DNA of 64,000 bases from Pavona decussata (Eukaryota). The notes beneath the pieces were generated by a model. The model was given only the letters and a program-made list of their open reading frames with translations, was not told the DNA's origin and made no database searches. This document shows positions 61,667 through 64,000 of this stretch, one piece after another (position 1 is the first letter of the stretch; the number at the start of each line of letters is the position of its first letter). The position numbers and the translations under genes are program-made. The stretch spans positions 1,488,001 through 1,552,000 of the forward strand of contig CDRNST010000067.1 of assembly GCA_977016875.1 (NCBI GenBank), in the 5' to 3' direction.

Positions 61667-63697
61667 TCAAATATTCTGGTATTGTTCTAGTATGCATACA
61701 ACTTCCATGTAGATGTCTACACCATGATACTGTGTATTTCTTAAAGGATCAATAGTTCTCTGTAAGTGTTCCAAGACATGTTGACTTAGAGGAAACAAGG
61801 TGCATGGTACTTCCACAGTTCTGTTATCATCTTGATGTTGACCATCCCATTCCTGACTTGGGAGTGGGCCGTCCCAATCAATGCCATAGCCATTTAAGTC
61901 AACCTGGCAATTCAAAATAGCATTGCAGTGACAAATTAGCAGAGTTATTGCTTGATAAATTTTGATAGATGTTCCATGTGCGTTTACAATAAAAATTATC
62001 GTTGTTATGGTTTCAAAATGTCTATTTCGAGTAGTAAAAATATCAGGTGAGAAATCCCAGAGGTGCTCATCAAAAGTTTGGGTGGGAGTGTGCTGCTGGG
62101 CCACAGAAACCCTCTACTTTGTAACAGACCATGAAATATTGTAATTTTGGGACTCTGCTCCACATTGAAGGCTAAAAACATTATGCTGTTCCAGGCTAAC
62201 TTCTGACAGATCAGTGACAGCAAGAACTTTTGTTCAATAGAATACAAGCCTTAAGGTGGCTGACAATACTTTACACCCTGACGTCTTTGAGCTTCTACAA
62301 CAGCTTGCCTAATGATGATGATGATTAAAATAATCATTATTGTAACATTTTACATAATTTCTTAGGGAACAAAATAAAATCTACCCGATGTCAAAATAAA
62401 TTGTTTCCCATGGCAACAGTAAGAGTGACTTTTGAATACTTTTAGTGTTGCTATGACAACCAATTCTGGCATTACCCGTATTTGATTTTGTTCATAAGTA
62501 AAAATGTAAAATGTTTTGCTAAATGGCCTTTCGTCAACATCATCAGGTTAGGTGTGGTAGAAGCCCAAAGAGGGGAAGGTTTAAAGCATTTTGAGCCACC
62601 TTAAACAAGTGTTTTGTAATTTCCTTGTATTTATCAATACATAATGCATTTTGTCTGGTCAAAATACCAAGTCTTGTGTTGATTTCCTGCAAAATGACGT
62701 CCTGTTCTGGACCAGTAAAAAGCCTTTTATTACAACCTGTCCCAGACTAAAATGTTCAGAAACCCCTTACCCTGTGTGGTGGTACATACCTAATATATAG
62801 CCTTTACAAGGGTGTACCCAGGGGTAGAAATCCACAGGAGATTAGGTAAAATGGCCCCACATGGATACCTCTCCTGTGGGTGAGAGGGATGCAAGCTGGA
62901 TAGGAGACATCAAACCTCCCTTGTCATGATTATAATGTTTTTGTCAACAAAGCATTGGGATGATTTCAAGAAATGAATAGAAAAATATTGTTGATGGCTT
63001 GGGGATAATGAACATTGAAAGAGGGCCTTTAGTGTCACTACACAATGTTAAGAAGCCCTAATTTTAAAAATAGGTGTTAAAAGATGAAGTTTCAGGTTAT
63101 CATAAAAGACTGTAAATGGGGTCATAGGTACATTTTTTTGTGGCAACAGTCATACGTACATCTCTAAACTCATCTGCCACTCTTTGAGAAGCATTGGTTA
63201 GCATTCCCCTGATCCACAACTGCTCAGGAGATCGATTGTGCTCAGTGCTAATTGGACCCCTGTTGTGCCCATCTGCAAACAGTGATAAGTGCCTGTTGAT
63301 GCGAGGAACAAACACATAATGCAATGCAGCCAAATGGAGCTCATTTGAGTTGTCAAGTATACCACACCCCTCCATGTAGTAAAACAGATTGTAAAATAAG
63401 TAGGTGCATCCTGTGAATAAGTCCCTCCAGAGTCGCTCTATTCGTTGATTGTGGACACTTCTGCCTGCGATGTGGCTGCCTCTATCTGGACCTCGGAATG
63501 GATGTGACAACATGTACCATGCCACCTCCACATTTTCCATTCCTTTATCGGAGCGCACTCTAGAGGGGAGACCAAACTTGGAAACTGCTGCTTCAAACAG
63601 TTGCAGGACAGTGCTTGCTTTGTTATTGGTTGAACAACCAAGGAAGACTATCATTCTAGAATATCCATCGATTCCCCCATGAATTACTAACCTCCAC
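61667..63697 (-). CDS. Integrase-core (IS3/IS481-like DDE) transposase, last two exons; 5' exons beyond the window
   Basis: Exons 63697-63160 and 61903-61667: [14 protein letters not shown]...[12 protein letters not shown]...[15 protein letters not shown]...SPEQLW...YGIDWDGP...IDPL...HGVDIY. No stops. Confidence 0.87.
62255..62600. mobile_element. TTAA-targeting (Kolobok-type) MITE, 346 bp, in the transposase intron
   Basis: TTAA|GGTGGCTGACAATACT ... AGCATTTTGAGCCACC|TTAA. Confidence 0.75.
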
Positions 63698-64000
63698 CTG
63701 TTGAGAATGGAATGCATTCATTAAGGGGAGGGTGGAAGGGTTTATTAAATGCCTCGCACTGTTGGGGAAGGGTGGCTTACTTAGAGGATTTTTTTTAGAC
63801 AGCCTTGAGTGAGGTGCAGGATTGCAGAAAATAAATGTAGTTCTCTTTAAAGAATGAGGCATGATACAATGTTATATAAAATTATTCAATGAGATAATAA
63901 TGAGGCATTTTTCTACAATTCCGCCTCAGGTTATCCTCAGGGTTTACAGCTTAAGCAAAGAACCCTTGCATGGACAGTTTCACCAAATTCAGAAAAGAAT

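Larger units (their letters stand above)
54850..64000. mobile_element. IS3EU-type two-gene DNA transposon; right end outside the window
   Basis: Candidate TATGG terminus at 54850, followed by ~4 subterminal 55-70-bp tandem repeats. Carries convergent HECT-ligase and integrase-core genes. Confidence 0.65.

Overview
This is AT-rich eukaryotic DNA with spliced genes. From the repeat families it is most likely a cnidarian (stony coral); that assignment is inference. The only clear host gene is eIF3j (minus strand, 7 exons read, 1850-5169, 3' exons not found in the window). The rest is nested transposable elements: an IS3EU-type foldback element (7150-8910); a full-length decayed Academ (9546-16808); an internally deleted Helitron (~20.8-31.7 kb) interrupted by a near-intact Kolobok whose transposase is fused to a DEDDh exonuclease (26242-30651); a Sola-like fragment; a decayed Academ-like transposase gene fused to RING-H2 and a C76-like deubiquitinase; a Gypsy with 114-bp LTRs inserted in a BEL/Pao remnant; a Harbinger; Penelope and Crypton fragments; and an IS3EU-type element running off the right edge. 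That last element carries an apparently intact 11-exon UBZ-CUE-HECT E3 ligase gene convergent with an integrase-core transposase. Most unusual: two divergently oriented, paralogous, intronless non-histone small ORFs inside the Helitron-like interval each end in a tandem pair of replication-dependent histone mRNA 3' stem-loops. Three different TE classes here also carry ubiquitin-system modules. All family assignments come from motif recognition by eye, not database searches.
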